From a candidate division WOR-3 bacterium (GTDB lineage Bacteria > Hydrothermota > Tepidihabitantia > Tepidihabitantales > Tepidihabitantaceae), in contig VGIR01000003.1 of assembly GCA_016867815.1 (NCBI GenBank), positions 2,495 to 66,494 of the forward strand: 64,000 nucleotides of DNA, read 5' to 3'. Under the pieces are notes generated by a model, which made no database searches, was not told where the DNA came from, and worked only from the letters and a program-made list of their open reading frames with translations. A program made the position numbers and the translations under genes. Of this stretch, positions 9,924 through 20,089 are shown piece by piece (within the stretch, counting starts at the first letter, position 1; the number at the start of each line of letters is the position of its first letter).

Positions 9924-10390
9924 ACTGCGTTGAAGTCAGACAGGCGGTCCAGGACTACGTGACCCGCGAACTCAGCATCGAGAACCGGCGGCTGTTCGAC
10001 GCCCATCTGGTCGAGTGCGGGGAGTGCCAGCGCGAACTGGCGTTGATGACGGCGCTCGTATCCACGCTTGACCATCAGCCGGTGCTCGAGCCACGACCGG
10101 GGTTTGGCGAGAAGGTGCTTTCATCGCTGCCGCGGCAGCGGAGTCTCGTTTTGAACCCGTGGTGGTCACTGGCGCTCGCGCCGGTACTGGGCGGCCTGGC
10201 GTGGTTGTTTCGGGTTCGGCTTGAGAGGGTGATCCTCGGCCTGGCCGGACAGCTCGGCATCCGGAGCATCAGCCTGCCCGCGCTCACCATGCAGAATGCC
10301 GGAATAGTCGCCGCAGCGGTGGTCGGGGTTGGCCTGCTTGTCACTGCTGGTGGTGCCTGGTTCTGCTGGCGCGTCTATCTCCAGGAATAG
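9920..10390 (+). CDS. zf-HC2 anti-sigma factor
   Basis: HLVECGEC zinc motif plus C-terminal TM helices; ATGA overlap with the sigma gene. Confidence 0.88.
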   Translation: MNCVEVRQAVQDYVTRELSIENRRLFDAHLVECGECQRELALMTALVSTLDHQPVLEPRPGFGEKVLSSLPRQRSLVLNPWWSLALAPVLGGLAWLFRVRLERVILGLAGQLGIRSISLPALTMQNAGIVAAAVVGVGLLVTAGGAWFCWRVYLQE

Positions 10391-10411
10391 TCCTTCATCC
10401 TCTGAAGAGCG

Positions 10412-10435
10412 AGCGGGGCGCAGACGCGCCCCGCT
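10412..10435. terminator. Bidirectional hairpin
   Basis: AGCGGGGCGC-AGAC-GCGCCCCGCT between convergent genes. Confidence 0.6.
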
Positions 10436-10454
10436 TCCTCAAGGACCTTTTCTA

Positions 10455-11084
10455 CTACCTAATCAGGCCAAGCCAATCGCCGAGCAGGAATTGGAGTCGG
10501 CCGATGAAGAGCGAGATACGGGCCATCACCGTGTAGCCGAACGATGCGCCGAACCCAACCATGACGAAAATGATGCCGACATAGCTGATCGGCTTGAGCA
10601 CGCCTTTCCGCTCGGCCGAGAAGAAGAAGTAGGTGATCGTGCAGACGACACCGACGAGGATGATTAGCGCCCAGAGACCTGCCTGCCAGTTGGCGAACGT
10701 GGCGCGGGTCACGATTGTCGCCTTGACCTGAGCGATGATGCCGGCCTCAACTGACCGCAGCAGCGACATGCCGGATCCGTAGCCCAGGAAGATGGCAATT
10801 GGGATCCGGACCAGCCACGAGATCTTCGGAATGAACCGCGTGAAGTAGAGCGCGCCGACTATGGCGGCCAGTATCAGCCAGAGCTTCTGGCCGTGCCCGA
10901 CCGGGTCGATCAGGCTGGGCACGAGCACCCGGTGCCAGGTGAAGGTGATGAAGTAGCCGTTGGAGACGCCAACGAAGAGGTGCTCGGCGGCGCGATAGAA
11001 TGGGTTCTCCTTGTACAGGAAGGAGAAGACGGCCAGGGTCATTATGGCCGCTACCCAGACCCAGGGATCGGTGGCGAGGTTCAT
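10455..11084 (-). CDS. Conserved membrane protein (gene 4 of DUF6754 cluster)
   Basis: TLAVFSFLYKENPFYRAAEHLFVG and FGASFGYTVMARISL; 6 TM; overlaps neighbour. Confidence 0.75.
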   Translation of the reverse strand: MNLATDPWVWVAAIMTLAVFSFLYKENPFYRAAEHLFVGVSNGYFITFTWHRVLVPSLIDPVGHGQKLWLILAAIVGALYFTRFIPKISWLVRIPIAIFLGYGSGMSLLRSVEAGIIAQVKATIVTRATFANWQAGLWALIILVGVVCTITYFFFSAERKGVLKPISYVGIIFVMVGFGASFGYTVMARISLFIGRLQFLLGDWLGLIR

Positions 11085-11992
11085 GACTTCCTCCTGCGGG
11101 TGGCGAAGTACCCGATGTTACCGACGACAATGAAGAGGATGATGGCGATGTGGGCCGCGGTCTGGGAGGACATCGCTTCGGTACCGCGGTTGCGGACGCG
11201 CCAGGTCATGCCCAGCCGGTCCATCTTCTCGCGCGTGAGCTGTTCGTACTCGGCCGCGCCGCGCATGCCGGCCAGCATGCCGGTGAACTGGCCGGAGTTG
11301 AGGTAGGTGTAGTAGTCGGCTGCCGACACCGCGGTGGTGCCGCAACCGATGCGGAGGCCGAACTGGGTCTGGGCATAGGCGACCCAGGAGATCGGCATCG
11401 ATGAGCCAGCAACCGAGACGAGGATGCCGACATCGTTGTAGTTCTTGACGTGTCGCGTCATCGGCAGCGATTCGGTTCGCGCACCGTAGTAGTCGACCGG
11501 GAAGACGTTGGTTATCCTCTCGCCCATGCCGAGCATCATTGTCAGGAGCGGCGTGGTCCAGCCCCAGAAGATGAAGTCCTCGCCGCTGATCACCGAATCC
11601 TCGTGCCTGGTAGCGACCGAGTCGAACTCGCGCTTTACTTCGCGCAGGGCGTCCTCGCCGAGGCCAAGCCCGTAGACCGTGGTCGCCACCAGGCCGACGC
11701 GGCGATCGGTGGCGAAGGCGTGGCGCAGGAGCGCCAGGGTCATCGGGTGCAGCTCGGCCTGGGTGTCGGGTGAATAGTCGACCGAGATAATGAGCGCCTT
11801 GTCCTCGGGCATCGAGTCGATGTAGCTGAACATCTGCTGCACCGGCGGTGAGGCAACCGGCTTGATCGGGAAGGGCTTGATCAGCGGCACCATCACGACC
11901 AGCCAGATGACGAGGTAAATCCACCGCCGGTCGATGCGCTGCAGCCTCTCCCAGAAGCCCTTTCGCCCGGCACTGCCTGACGCCGCCATCAC
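11081..11992 (-). CDS. Conserved membrane-anchored protein (gene 3 of DUF6754 cluster)
   Basis: IDRRWIY, DYSPDTQAELHP, GMLAGMRGAAEYE; terminal TMs. Confidence 0.75.
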   Translation of the reverse strand: MMAASGSAGRKGFWERLQRIDRRWIYLVIWLVVMVPLIKPFPIKPVASPPVQQMFSYIDSMPEDKALIISVDYSPDTQAELHPMTLALLRHAFATDRRVGLVATTVYGLGLGEDALREVKREFDSVATRHEDSVISGEDFIFWGWTTPLLTMMLGMGERITNVFPVDYYGARTESLPMTRHVKNYNDVGILVSVAGSSMPISWVAYAQTQFGLRIGCGTTAVSAADYYTYLNSGQFTGMLAGMRGAAEYEQLTREKMDRLGMTWRVRNRGTEAMSSQTAAHIAIILFIVVGNIGYFATRRRKS

Positions 11993-12654
11993 TCACCTCC
12001 CCCGAGCCAGCCGCGCTCAATGCCGAGGATGATCTTCAGCGACGTGGCGAGGATGCCCAGGCTGATACCGAAGCCGATGCCGCGCTTGGCCGCAGTGTTC
12101 GGCACCGCCAGAATCCACTCGGCGAACGAGGGCAGTTCTCTGACTATCATGCGGGTAAGTGGCACCGCGCCCAGCATCAAGATGAAGGCGGAGACGAGCA
12201 GGAGCGTTGCCTCGAGGTTGCGGGCGCGGAAGGCACGATAGGCGGCCGAGGCCATGAAGAAGGCGAGCAAGGCGAACATCGTCGAACCGAGCGGGACGAT
12301 CAGGCCGGTGAAGAGCGACTGGATGTGGAAGGAGAAGCCGCCGACCTGGGTCGGCAGGAGGCCGGGCCGGGTCGGGTCGATCCCGCCGAACAGGCCGATG
12401 ATGGCGCTGACGAAGAGGGCGACGACTGTGATCCAGCTGTAGCCCCAGTGTTCAGCCTTGCGCTTGATCTTGATGAAGTGGTGGCGCAGGATCGAGCCGA
12501 TGCCGAGGACGATGCTGAACGCGCCGATGACGCGGAGGATGTCGTTGCGGAAAACGGCGTCGGTGTCCTGGATTATCGGGTGCGGAATGATGTAGGTGAG
12601 TACACCGAATATGCCGGTTACCAGCACGATGATCAGGGGGAGTTTTCGTTTCAT
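11989..12654 (-). CDS. Conserved membrane protein (gene 2 of DUF6754 cluster)
   Basis: LLAFFMASAAYRAFRARN, PNTAAKRGI, LGIER. Confidence 0.75.
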   Translation of the reverse strand: MKRKLPLIIVLVTGIFGVLTYIIPHPIIQDTDAVFRNDILRVIGAFSIVLGIGSILRHHFIKIKRKAEHWGYSWITVVALFVSAIIGLFGGIDPTRPGLLPTQVGGFSFHIQSLFTGLIVPLGSTMFALLAFFMASAAYRAFRARNLEATLLLVSAFILMLGAVPLTRMIVRELPSFAEWILAVPNTAAKRGIGFGISLGILATSLKIILGIERGWLGGGE

Positions 12655-12663
12655 CGTTTGCCT

Positions 12664-13755
12664 CTAGAGGATGTCGGTGATGCGGATGTCTACCGCCAGG
12701 GCGAGCAGGGTGCCGCCGAGTATCAGCGCGAGGATGATGAGTTTGTTGTAGTCCTGGCCCTTGATTGCCCCGAGCCGGAGCGGCTCGCGCGAGATGTAGG
12801 CCGATGCGGCGTAGAGTTCCTCGCCGATGAGGGTGTAGTCGCAGGCGGTGATGAAGAACGGCAGCTGGCTGACCGCGTCGGTGCCGGCAATCTGCACCGC
12901 GCCCGAGATGGCGCCGGTCTCGGCCAGGATCAGGGACTCGGCCCAGAACATGCCGATGAGGAAGTTGGTGGCCGGTTTCTCCCGGAGCATGATACCGTCG
13001 ACCGCGGCAGCGTAGGCGAACTGCTGGTCGGTGAGGAAGAAGACCGAGTCGGGGTTGAAGGCGTCAGGTCGGCCGACCGAGGCGTAGGACTCTTTGACTA
13101 CCTCGCGCGCCACCGTGTAGACGATCGGGTCACGATTGGGAACAATGAGCGGTGTTCCGAACTTGGCGGTCTTCTTGGCGACCTCGCCGAGGATATTGAG
13201 TGAGGCGATGGTTGCGACATCGTCAATCGTCGACAAACCGGGGACGTAGAGCGTCGGCCGGCCCATTTCGGTGGCGCGGCCGAGCGCTTCCTCGACCGCG
13301 TCCAGCCCGGCGATCCGACGGATGAACATCTTGGCCCCACGCCTTGCCTGTTGGAATGTGTAGAGGAAGATCACGAGGATGAGGGCCGTGCCTATGATAG
13401 ACGGGATTCGGCCGGTGTTGAACCACTGCGGCGCTGCCTTCGCGTAGCCAGATGGTTCGGACTCGCCTTGCAGGGTGTCGGCCTCGGCCAGGACCTTGTA
13501 GCGGTACGGCGTGCCGTTCCCGGCCCCCTCGTCGAAGTAGCGCGAGGCGAGCCGGCCAGCCATGCCGATCGTGTCCCATTCGGTAGCGCCTTCGGCCTGG
13601 CGGAGCACGCGGTAGTTGATGACGCTGCCATCCGGCGAGCGCGTCCATGTCACGGCGATCTTGCCGCCCGCGTCATTCGGTACGTCACGCGCCGCGACAC
13701 CGCCGGGCGGGGGGAGCGTGCATAAGAGCAGCGCGACAATGCAGGATAGCGCCAA
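12664..13755 (-). CDS. Fibronectin-III plus DUF6754 domain protein
   Basis: DVPNDAGG FnIII domain; IRRIAGLDAVEEALGRATEMGRP, QLPFFITACDYTLIGEELYAASAY. Confidence 0.8.
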   Translation of the reverse strand: MALSCIVALLLCTLPPPGGVAARDVPNDAGGKIAVTWTRSPDGSVINYRVLRQAEGATEWDTIGMAGRLASRYFDEGAGNGTPYRYKVLAEADTLQGESEPSGYAKAAPQWFNTGRIPSIIGTALILVIFLYTFQQARRGAKMFIRRIAGLDAVEEALGRATEMGRPTLYVPGLSTIDDVATIASLNILGEVAKKTAKFGTPLIVPNRDPIVYTVAREVVKESYASVGRPDAFNPDSVFFLTDQQFAYAAAVDGIMLREKPATNFLIGMFWAESLILAETGAISGAVQIAGTDAVSQLPFFITACDYTLIGEELYAASAYISREPLRLGAIKGQDYNKLIILALILGGTLLALAVDIRITDIL

Positions 13756-13906
13756 CTTGCCTCCTAGTTGCTGCCGACAGGCGGCAGCGTAAGCGGGCGG
13801 TCTGGTTTCATCAGGTCAACGGAGTTGTCTAGCCGACTTCTCAGTCTATGAAAACCGGGGTGTGGGTCAACAGCCGCAGGCTGGCTGCACGCCGGCAGAG
13901 CGGTGC

Positions 13907-15337
13907 CTATTCGGTCCAGCGCCGGCGTTCGCGCTCCATCTGCGCGAGGTAGCGTCGGGTTACGCCGGTTGGGTACTTGCCATTGAAGCAGGCGGTACAG
14001 AAACTCGGCACCGCCGAGTTTCCGCGAACGGCGGAGACCAGGCCCTCGTAGGTCTGGTAGACCAGAGCGTCCGCGCCCACGACCTTGCGGATTTGCTCGA
14101 CGGTCCGGTTCTTGGCTACGAACTCACCGCGAGTCATCATGTCGATTCCATAGACACACGGGCAACGGAGCGGCGGTGCGGTGATTGCCAGGAAGACCTT
14201 GCGGGCGCCGGCGTCGCGCACCATCTGCACGATCTCGCGCGAGGTCGTGCCGCGGACGATTGAGTCGTCGACCAGCAAGACATCCTTGCCCTCGACCTGG
14301 GACCGGACCGGGTTGAGCTTCTGGCGAACGGACAGTGCACGACGGTCCTGGCCGTGCATGATGAAAGTGCGGGCGATGTAGCGGTTCTTGATCAGGCCCT
14401 CGCGCAGGCTGATGCCGAGGACAGAGGCGAGCGAGCTGGCCGCGGCGCGGGCAGTGTCCGGTACCGGGACGATGACGTCGGGCTTGAGCCCCTGGCGTGC
14501 GACTTCGAACGCGAGACGCTCGCCGAGCCGCAGCCGGGCCTGGTAGACTTCGATGCCGTCGATGACCGAATCGGGCCGCGCGAAGTACACGAATTCGAAG
14601 ATGCAGGGCCGCGGCGTTCCGGGCCGCACCTGGTTGCGGTGCACCTTGCCCTTGAAATCCACGAAAATGGCCTCGCCGGGCTTCACGTCGGTGAACCCGT
14701 GGAACCCGAGACGGTCGAAGGCGACGCTCTCGGAAGCGAAGGCGAACTCGCCGTCCTGCTGCGAGAAGACCAGCGGCTTGATGCCGAACGGGTCACGGAA
14801 GGCGAGCAGTCCGCGCCGGTGGATCAATGCGACGACCGAGAACGCGCCGTGGACCCGATCGAACACGCCGCGCACCGCTTTGAAGACAGCGGTCGGGGTG
14901 AAGCGCTTGAGATTCGACTGCTCCAGGCCTTCGGCAAACACGTTCAACAGCGGTTCAACGTCCGAGCAGCTGGTAAGCTGGCGGAAGTCGTCGAACATCA
15001 ATTCGCGGCGCAGGTCGGAGTAGTTGGTGACGTTGCCGTTGTGGACCATCGCGATGCCAAACGGGTGGTTGACGTAGAAGGGTTGGGCGTCTTCGGCTGA
15101 GCCGGGTCCGATGGTAGGATAGCGGGTGTGGCCTATCCCGGCACTGCCGGACAGGCGCGACAGATTCTTGACGTTGAAGACATTCGCTACCGTGCCGTTT
15201 CCCTTTTTGAGGTGAAACGTGCCGTCGGAGGTCAGGACGCCGGCCGAGTCCTGGCCCCGGTGCTGAAGCGCCAGCAGACCTTCAACGAGGTCAGCGCCGA
15301 CTTCGCGCCGGGTCAGAAGACCGAGTACGCCGCACAT
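13907..15337 (-). CDS. purF: Amidophosphoribosyltransferase
   Basis: MCG N-terminal nucleophile, LQHRGQDSAG, CIFEFVYFARPDS, VDDSIVRGTT. Confidence 0.97.
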   Translation of the reverse strand: MCGVLGLLTRREVGADLVEGLLALQHRGQDSAGVLTSDGTFHLKKGNGTVANVFNVKNLSRLSGSAGIGHTRYPTIGPGSAEDAQPFYVNHPFGIAMVHNGNVTNYSDLRRELMFDDFRQLTSCSDVEPLLNVFAEGLEQSNLKRFTPTAVFKAVRGVFDRVHGAFSVVALIHRRGLLAFRDPFGIKPLVFSQQDGEFAFASESVAFDRLGFHGFTDVKPGEAIFVDFKGKVHRNQVRPGTPRPCIFEFVYFARPDSVIDGIEVYQARLRLGERLAFEVARQGLKPDVIVPVPDTARAAASSLASVLGISLREGLIKNRYIARTFIMHGQDRRALSVRQKLNPVRSQVEGKDVLLVDDSIVRGTTSREIVQMVRDAGARKVFLAITAPPLRCPCVYGIDMMTRGEFVAKNRTVEQIRKVVGADALVYQTYEGLVSAVRGNSAVPSFCTACFNGKYPTGVTRRYLAQMERERRRWTE

Positions 15338-15386
15338 CAGTATCCATCTTACCCGCTGAAGCGGGCAGAGTCAAAGCGACGCGCGT

Positions 15387-16265
15387 CTACGTTCCGCGGC
15401 CGTCGAAGTCCGGAGTGTAGTCGCGGGAGGCAGAGGAATGGTCCTGCGCAAAGCCCTCTTCGAAGCCGAGATCGTCAAACCGGTGCCGAACGTCGTCGTA
15501 CTCCTCCTGCGAAATACGGCGGCCCATGCCGGGTAGTTCACCTGCCCGGTGGACCGGGTAGTACTGCGACATCAGGCTGACGCTGGTGCGGGGTCCGAGG
15601 TCATCGTGAATCCACTCAAGCAGCAACTTGCTGTCCTCGGCATGGCCGGGGAGCACGAGGTGCCGGATGATTAGTCCTTTCTCGACTATCCCGTGTCCAT
15701 CGTACCTGTTGCGGCCCACCTGCCGTTTCATCTCCGCGATGGCGGAGGAGGCAAACCGGAAGTAGTCCGGTGCCGACGAGCACATTCGTCCGAGGGCGTC
15801 CGAGTAATACTTCAGGTCGGGAAGGTAGACCTGCACTAGTCCCTCCAGGCGGGCAAGGGTTTCGACCTTCTCGTAGCCGTTCGAATTCCAGACGACGGGA
15901 ACCTTCAGCCTGGCTCGCGCCAGTTCGAGGATCGGAAGCAGCTGGTCGGAGTAGTGCGTGGGGGAGACGAGGTTGACGTTGTGCGCGCCCTGCTGTTCGA
16001 GTTCCTGCATGATTGCCAGGAGCCGGGCCGGAGTCACTTCTCGGCCTTGGCCCTGCTGGGAGATGTCGTAGTTCTGGCAGAATCGACAGCGGAGGTTGCA
16101 GTGGCTGAAGAAGATGGTGCCTGAACCGCGCGTGCCGGAAATGGGCGGCTCCTCCCAGTGGTGGAGCTGGGCAAGCGCGATCTCGAACCGGTCAGTCGCC
16201 CGGCAGACGCCTAGCTCAGTCGACCGGTCGATTCCGCATTCGAAAGGACACGCGCGACATTCCAC
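15387..16265 (-). CDS. pflX: Radical SAM protein, PflX family
   Basis: HHWEEPPISGTRGSGTIFF, CNLRCRFCQN, YLPDLKY, IIRHLVLPG; TATAAT 5 nt before GTG. Confidence 0.88.
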   Translation of the reverse strand: MECRACPFECGIDRSTELGVCRATDRFEIALAQLHHWEEPPISGTRGSGTIFFSHCNLRCRFCQNYDISQQGQGREVTPARLLAIMQELEQQGAHNVNLVSPTHYSDQLLPILELARARLKVPVVWNSNGYEKVETLARLEGLVQVYLPDLKYYSDALGRMCSSAPDYFRFASSAIAEMKRQVGRNRYDGHGIVEKGLIIRHLVLPGHAEDSKLLLEWIHDDLGPRTSVSLMSQYYPVHRAGELPGMGRRISQEEYDDVRHRFDDLGFEEGFAQDHSSASRDYTPDFDGRGT

Positions 16266-16349
16266 GTGGAATTATACGCGCAGGCGCGGCCGAGGGAACT
16301 GCGGCGAGCCGACTTGACACGTGCCGTATATGTGGTAAGCTAGACCTAG

Positions 16350-17117
16350 GTGAAGCCCGAACGACTTCAGAAGTACCTTGCATCGGCCGGCGTCGGCTCG
16401 CGCCGTCACTGCGAGGAGTTGATCGAGGCCGGGCGCGTCCGGGTCAACGGAGCGATGGCGAAGCTCGGGCAGTCGGTGACGCCCGGCAAGGACCGGGTTG
16501 AATACCGGGGGAGAGAGGTGAAGCCGGAAGCCGAGAAGGTCGTCGTGGCGGTGAACAAGCCGGCCGGCTACCTGAGCGCGTGTTTCCGGGGTCATGAAGA
16601 AGGCTGGCTGGTGACGGAACTGGTTGACCTGCCGTTTCGGCTCTACCCGGTGGGCAGACTCGATCGGGATTCCGAGGGTTTGCTGTTGCTGACGAATGAC
16701 GGGGACATCGCTCTGGAACTCACCCATCCTCGTTACGGCAAGGAGAAGGAGTACGAAGTCGAACTCGACCGGCCGGCCGGTCCGGAGTTGTGCGACCGGC
16801 TGCAGAAGAACGTGCAGTTGGCCGACGGTCCGGCACGGGCGGTTCGCGCCAGTCTGGTCGGGCCGGGCCGGCTCAGCGTTGTGCTTGCGGAAGGGCGCAA
16901 GCGGCAGCTGCGCAGGATGCTCGAGGCACTGGGGTGCAGGGTCGTGCGCCTGCGGCGGGTGCGGATTGCCGGTCTGCGTCTCGGCGAGCTGCCACTGGGC
17001 AAGTGGCGGAGACTGAGCGCTCGGGAGGTGACGGAGAAGCTGGGGCGAGGTTCGGAAGAACGCAGAAGTCAAAAGGCAGAAGTCAGAACGCAGAACCCGG
17101 AAGCGAAGAAGCCGTGA
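16350..17117 (+). CDS. rRNA pseudouridine synthase, RsuA/RluB family
   Basis: S4 domain ERLQKYLASAG, VGRLDRDSEGLLLLTNDG, EGRKRQLRRM; C-terminal tail built from CAGAAGT heptamers. Confidence 0.93.
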   Translation: MKPERLQKYLASAGVGSRRHCEELIEAGRVRVNGAMAKLGQSVTPGKDRVEYRGREVKPEAEKVVVAVNKPAGYLSACFRGHEEGWLVTELVDLPFRLYPVGRLDRDSEGLLLLTNDGDIALELTHPRYGKEKEYEVELDRPAGPELCDRLQKNVQLADGPARAVRASLVGPGRLSVVLAEGRKRQLRRMLEALGCRVVRLRRVRIAGLRLGELPLGKWRRLSAREVTEKLGRGSEERRSQKAEVRTQNPEAKKP

Positions 17118-19342
17118 GGGGAAGGCGGTTGGCGGGACTGGTCTGCCTGCTCGCGCTCGGGCTCTGTGCCTGGGCTCAGCAGCCGGTGCGCGAGCCGGTT
17201 GTTGTCGAGCCACCGGTGCGGATTGGCCTCGCGCTTTCCGGCGGCGCGGCACTGGGGTTTGCCCACATAGGCGTGCTCAAAGTGCTGGAGCGCGAGAGTA
17301 TCCCGGTTGTCGCGATTGCCGGTAACAGCATGGGTTCGATGGTCGGCGGCGTCTACGCCGCCGGGTACAGCGCGGCACAGATAGAGAGCCTGGCGCTCAA
17401 CGCGGACTGGAATCTGCTCTTCAGTTCCAGCGTCCCCTTCGGCGCTCAGTATCTTCCCGAACGCCAGCAGGCGCAGCGGTACGTCGTCCAACTCCGACAT
17501 CGGAACCTGGTTCCGTCGCTGCCCGGCGGCCTGGTGCCGCTTCAGAACGTGGAATTCCTGCTCATGCGCCTGCTGTCCAATATCGAGTACCACACCGGCT
17601 TTGACTTTGACAGCCTGCCGATTCCGTACCGCGCCGTGGCCGTTGACCTGGTATCGGGTGAGAAGAAGGTACTGGGACACGGCCGGCTGGAGCAGGCAAT
17701 CCGTGCGAGCAGCGCGATTCCCGGTGTGTTCGCTCCGGAAAGAATCGCTGGCATGGAGCTGGTCGACGGCGGCGTACAGCAGTACCTGCCGGTCGACCCG
17801 CTGGATAGTATCGACGCGAACCTCGACCTGAAGATAGCCGTGTTGACGATGAAACACAACGCGGAGACTGGTGTGTCGCTGATCGACATCGCCTCGCGCA
17901 GCATAGATCTGGTGAGCCCTGACGACCTGAAGAGGCAGAAGGAACTTGCCGATGTTCTGATTGAGCCCAACGTGGATCCGTTCACTCACTCGGACTTCGC
18001 CAGGGCAGCAGGCCTGATCGCGGCGGGCGAGTCGGCGGCCGAGGCCGCTTTGCCGCGCATCCGGGAGCTCATCGGTGCACGCACGCCGGTGCGCTACCGG
18101 CGTCCGATTGCCACCCGGCCATTACCGGTCGTCCGTTCAGTCCAATTCACGGGCCTGCGCGTCACGCGTGAAGGGACGGTACGGAAAGAGGTCCAGACCA
18201 CACCGGGGCAGTACCTTCGGTTCGGTCGTCTCATAGACGACCTGACGCGTTTGTTCCACACGGGCTTGTTCGAAGAGGTGAACTACGGGCTGGAACCGGT
18301 CCCGGGCGATTCGGTTGACGTGGTCATCGAGGTGGATGAGCGTGCCTACGGCTTCTACTCACTTGGTGTTAGCTACGACAACACTGATGAAGTGGCGCTC
18401 GGATTCGAGGTCGGCCAAGGCAACCTCGTCGGCTCCGGCGCCGGCGTCCGTGCGGCACTCGATGTCGGCAATCCGGATGAAGCCAGGTTCGGAATCACCG
18501 GCACGCGTCTGTTCCGGCTGCCGTTCGGCTATCGGCTGGACGGGTTTCTGGGTTCGGTGGATCGAGCCTACTACGACAGCAGCCGTTGGCAGGGTGACTA
18601 TACTGTCAGCTATCGTGGCGCTGTAGCCGAGGCGGGTTACATCCTTGGTCGGGATGCCTTCTTCGACTTCGGATTGAGAGCCTATCGGGCCGGATACCTT
18701 GTGCCCCCCAGGCTGATGCAGGACTCACTGCATCCCGAGTGGATCGTCGGCCCGAGTTTCAGGCTCGAGGCCAGCACATTCCGGGACGCCGACTTCCCGA
18801 CCGCGGGTGCGGCGTCGCGGCTGGAAGTGCTTTCTTCTGCCACACTGCTGAGTGGGACTCACCAGTTTCTGAGGATCGGCTACTCGGCCCAGAGGGCCCT
18901 CCCGGTATGGTCCAGGCTGCTCCTGAGACCGGCTCTGGATGTCGGCATATCTCTGGGTGAGCTGGCGTGGGCCGAGCAGTTCCGCACCGGGGGTGCCGGA
19001 TTCGTGGGGTTCGAGCCCGACGAGTTCACTTCAGCGCAGCGTTTGGTCGCGAAGTTCGGATTGGACTTCCGGCTGTTCCGGCTGTTCGGGCAGGAGAACT
19101 ACCCCGTCTACCTGCAGGTGATGGGCAACGTCGGGACCTTCGAGCCGTGGGACAAGCTGCTTGCATTGTCAGACCTACCTTCGATGCTCCACTGGGGCGC
19201 AGGCGCAGGAGCGCGCGTCAACACGCCGATTGGGCCGGTTCATCTGGTTGTCGCCGCGGGAGACTTCGCCAAGCTGACCGAGCGTAGCAGGCCGCTGGCA
19301 TTCTTCTTCTCGGTGGGGCGCGAGTTCCGCTACACGAGATAG
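17114..19342 (+). CDS. Patatin-like phospholipase with POTRA and Omp85 beta-barrel (PlpD-like, type Vd)
   Basis: Signal peptide from GTG 17114 (GTGA overlap); LSGGAALG, GNSMG, DGG patatin motifs; POTRA; barrel ending VNTPIGPV...F. Confidence 0.88.
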   Translation: MRGRRLAGLVCLLALGLCAWAQQPVREPVVVEPPVRIGLALSGGAALGFAHIGVLKVLERESIPVVAIAGNSMGSMVGGVYAAGYSAAQIESLALNADWNLLFSSSVPFGAQYLPERQQAQRYVVQLRHRNLVPSLPGGLVPLQNVEFLLMRLLSNIEYHTGFDFDSLPIPYRAVAVDLVSGEKKVLGHGRLEQAIRASSAIPGVFAPERIAGMELVDGGVQQYLPVDPLDSIDANLDLKIAVLTMKHNAETGVSLIDIASRSIDLVSPDDLKRQKELADVLIEPNVDPFTHSDFARAAGLIAAGESAAEAALPRIRELIGARTPVRYRRPIATRPLPVVRSVQFTGLRVTREGTVRKEVQTTPGQYLRFGRLIDDLTRLFHTGLFEEVNYGLEPVPGDSVDVVIEVDERAYGFYSLGVSYDNTDEVALGFEVGQGNLVGSGAGVRAALDVGNPDEARFGITGTRLFRLPFGYRLDGFLGSVDRAYYDSSRWQGDYTVSYRGAVAEAGYILGRDAFFDFGLRAYRAGYLVPPRLMQDSLHPEWIVGPSFRLEASTFRDADFPTAGAASRLEVLSSATLLSGTHQFLRIGYSAQRALPVWSRLLLRPALDVGISLGELAWAEQFRTGGAGFVGFEPDEFTSAQRLVAKFGLDFRLFRLFGQENYPVYLQVMGNVGTFEPWDKLLALSDLPSMLHWGAGAGARVNTPIGPVHLVVAAGDFAKLTERSRPLAFFFSVGREFRYTR

Positions 19343-19408
19343 AACGCTATACGCCTCACCTACGGCGCTCAACGCCAGATATCGGCTTCCGGCGTCGAAC
19401 ATCAAGCG

Positions 19409-20089
19409 TCATGCGTCACGCGTCCCGCCGCAGGCCCGGACACACAGCCCGCAGATGTACTGGCTGACGTAGCGTTTGCTCTGGAACTCCTTGAGCATTG
19501 CGAAGCAGTCCAGATGCTTGAACTCGGTCTGAGTCTCACCGATGGCCTTGGCAGGGCAGGCCGTGATACAGGCACGGCACGAGCCACAACCGTTCTCAAG
19601 CGGGTGGTCGGGTTCGAGATCGAGGTCAGTCAGGATCGTTACCAGTCTGACTTGCGAGCCGAACCGCGGGGTGACAAGCAGGTTGTTGCGGCCGAGCCAG
19701 CCTAGCCCGGCTCCGACAGCGACACGCTTGTGCGACAGATGGCCCCGTTGGTTCTGCCAGTCAACGAGCTGAGATGCGGCGACGGGCAGCGCCAATGCTC
19801 CCAGGCTTTCAATCAGCGCGGCGAGGTCCAGCCCGAGCCGGTCCAGCGCGAAGTTGACCTGTCGGTAGTGGTGCTCGTATAGCTGGTTTGGATGGTCTTC
19901 GAGCGTTCCGAGAACTGCCGGGGACAAGTGTAGCGCGATGCTGATGGCATTCGGCAGGTCCCGAGTCGTCTTCTCCGGCAGGAGGAAGTCGTCGGTCTTG
20001 ATGTCATTGAGCCGGCAGACGCCGAAGCCAACCGCTCCCCGACTCTTGCACAGCTCCGCGAGTCCCTCTTTGGTCTCTTGTGGTATCAC
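19409..20089 (-). CDS. Epoxyqueuosine reductase (QueG)-like 4Fe-4S protein
   Basis: [41 protein letters not shown]. Confidence 0.75.
   Translation of the reverse strand: MIPQETKEGLAELCKSRGAVGFGVCRLNDIKTDDFLLPEKTTRDLPNAISIALHLSPAVLGTLEDHPNQLYEHHYRQVNFALDRLGLDLAALIESLGALALPVAASQLVDWQNQRGHLSHKRVAVGAGLGWLGRNNLLVTPRFGSQVRLVTILTDLDLEPDHPLENGCGSCRACITACPAKAIGETQTEFKHLDCFAMLKEFQSKRYVSQYICGLCVRACGGTRDA

Noticed and set aside
16790..17113. N-terminal extension of the patatin ORF
   Set aside because: Overlaps the pseudouridine synthase; GTG 17114 gives a proper signal peptide and a GTGA overlap.
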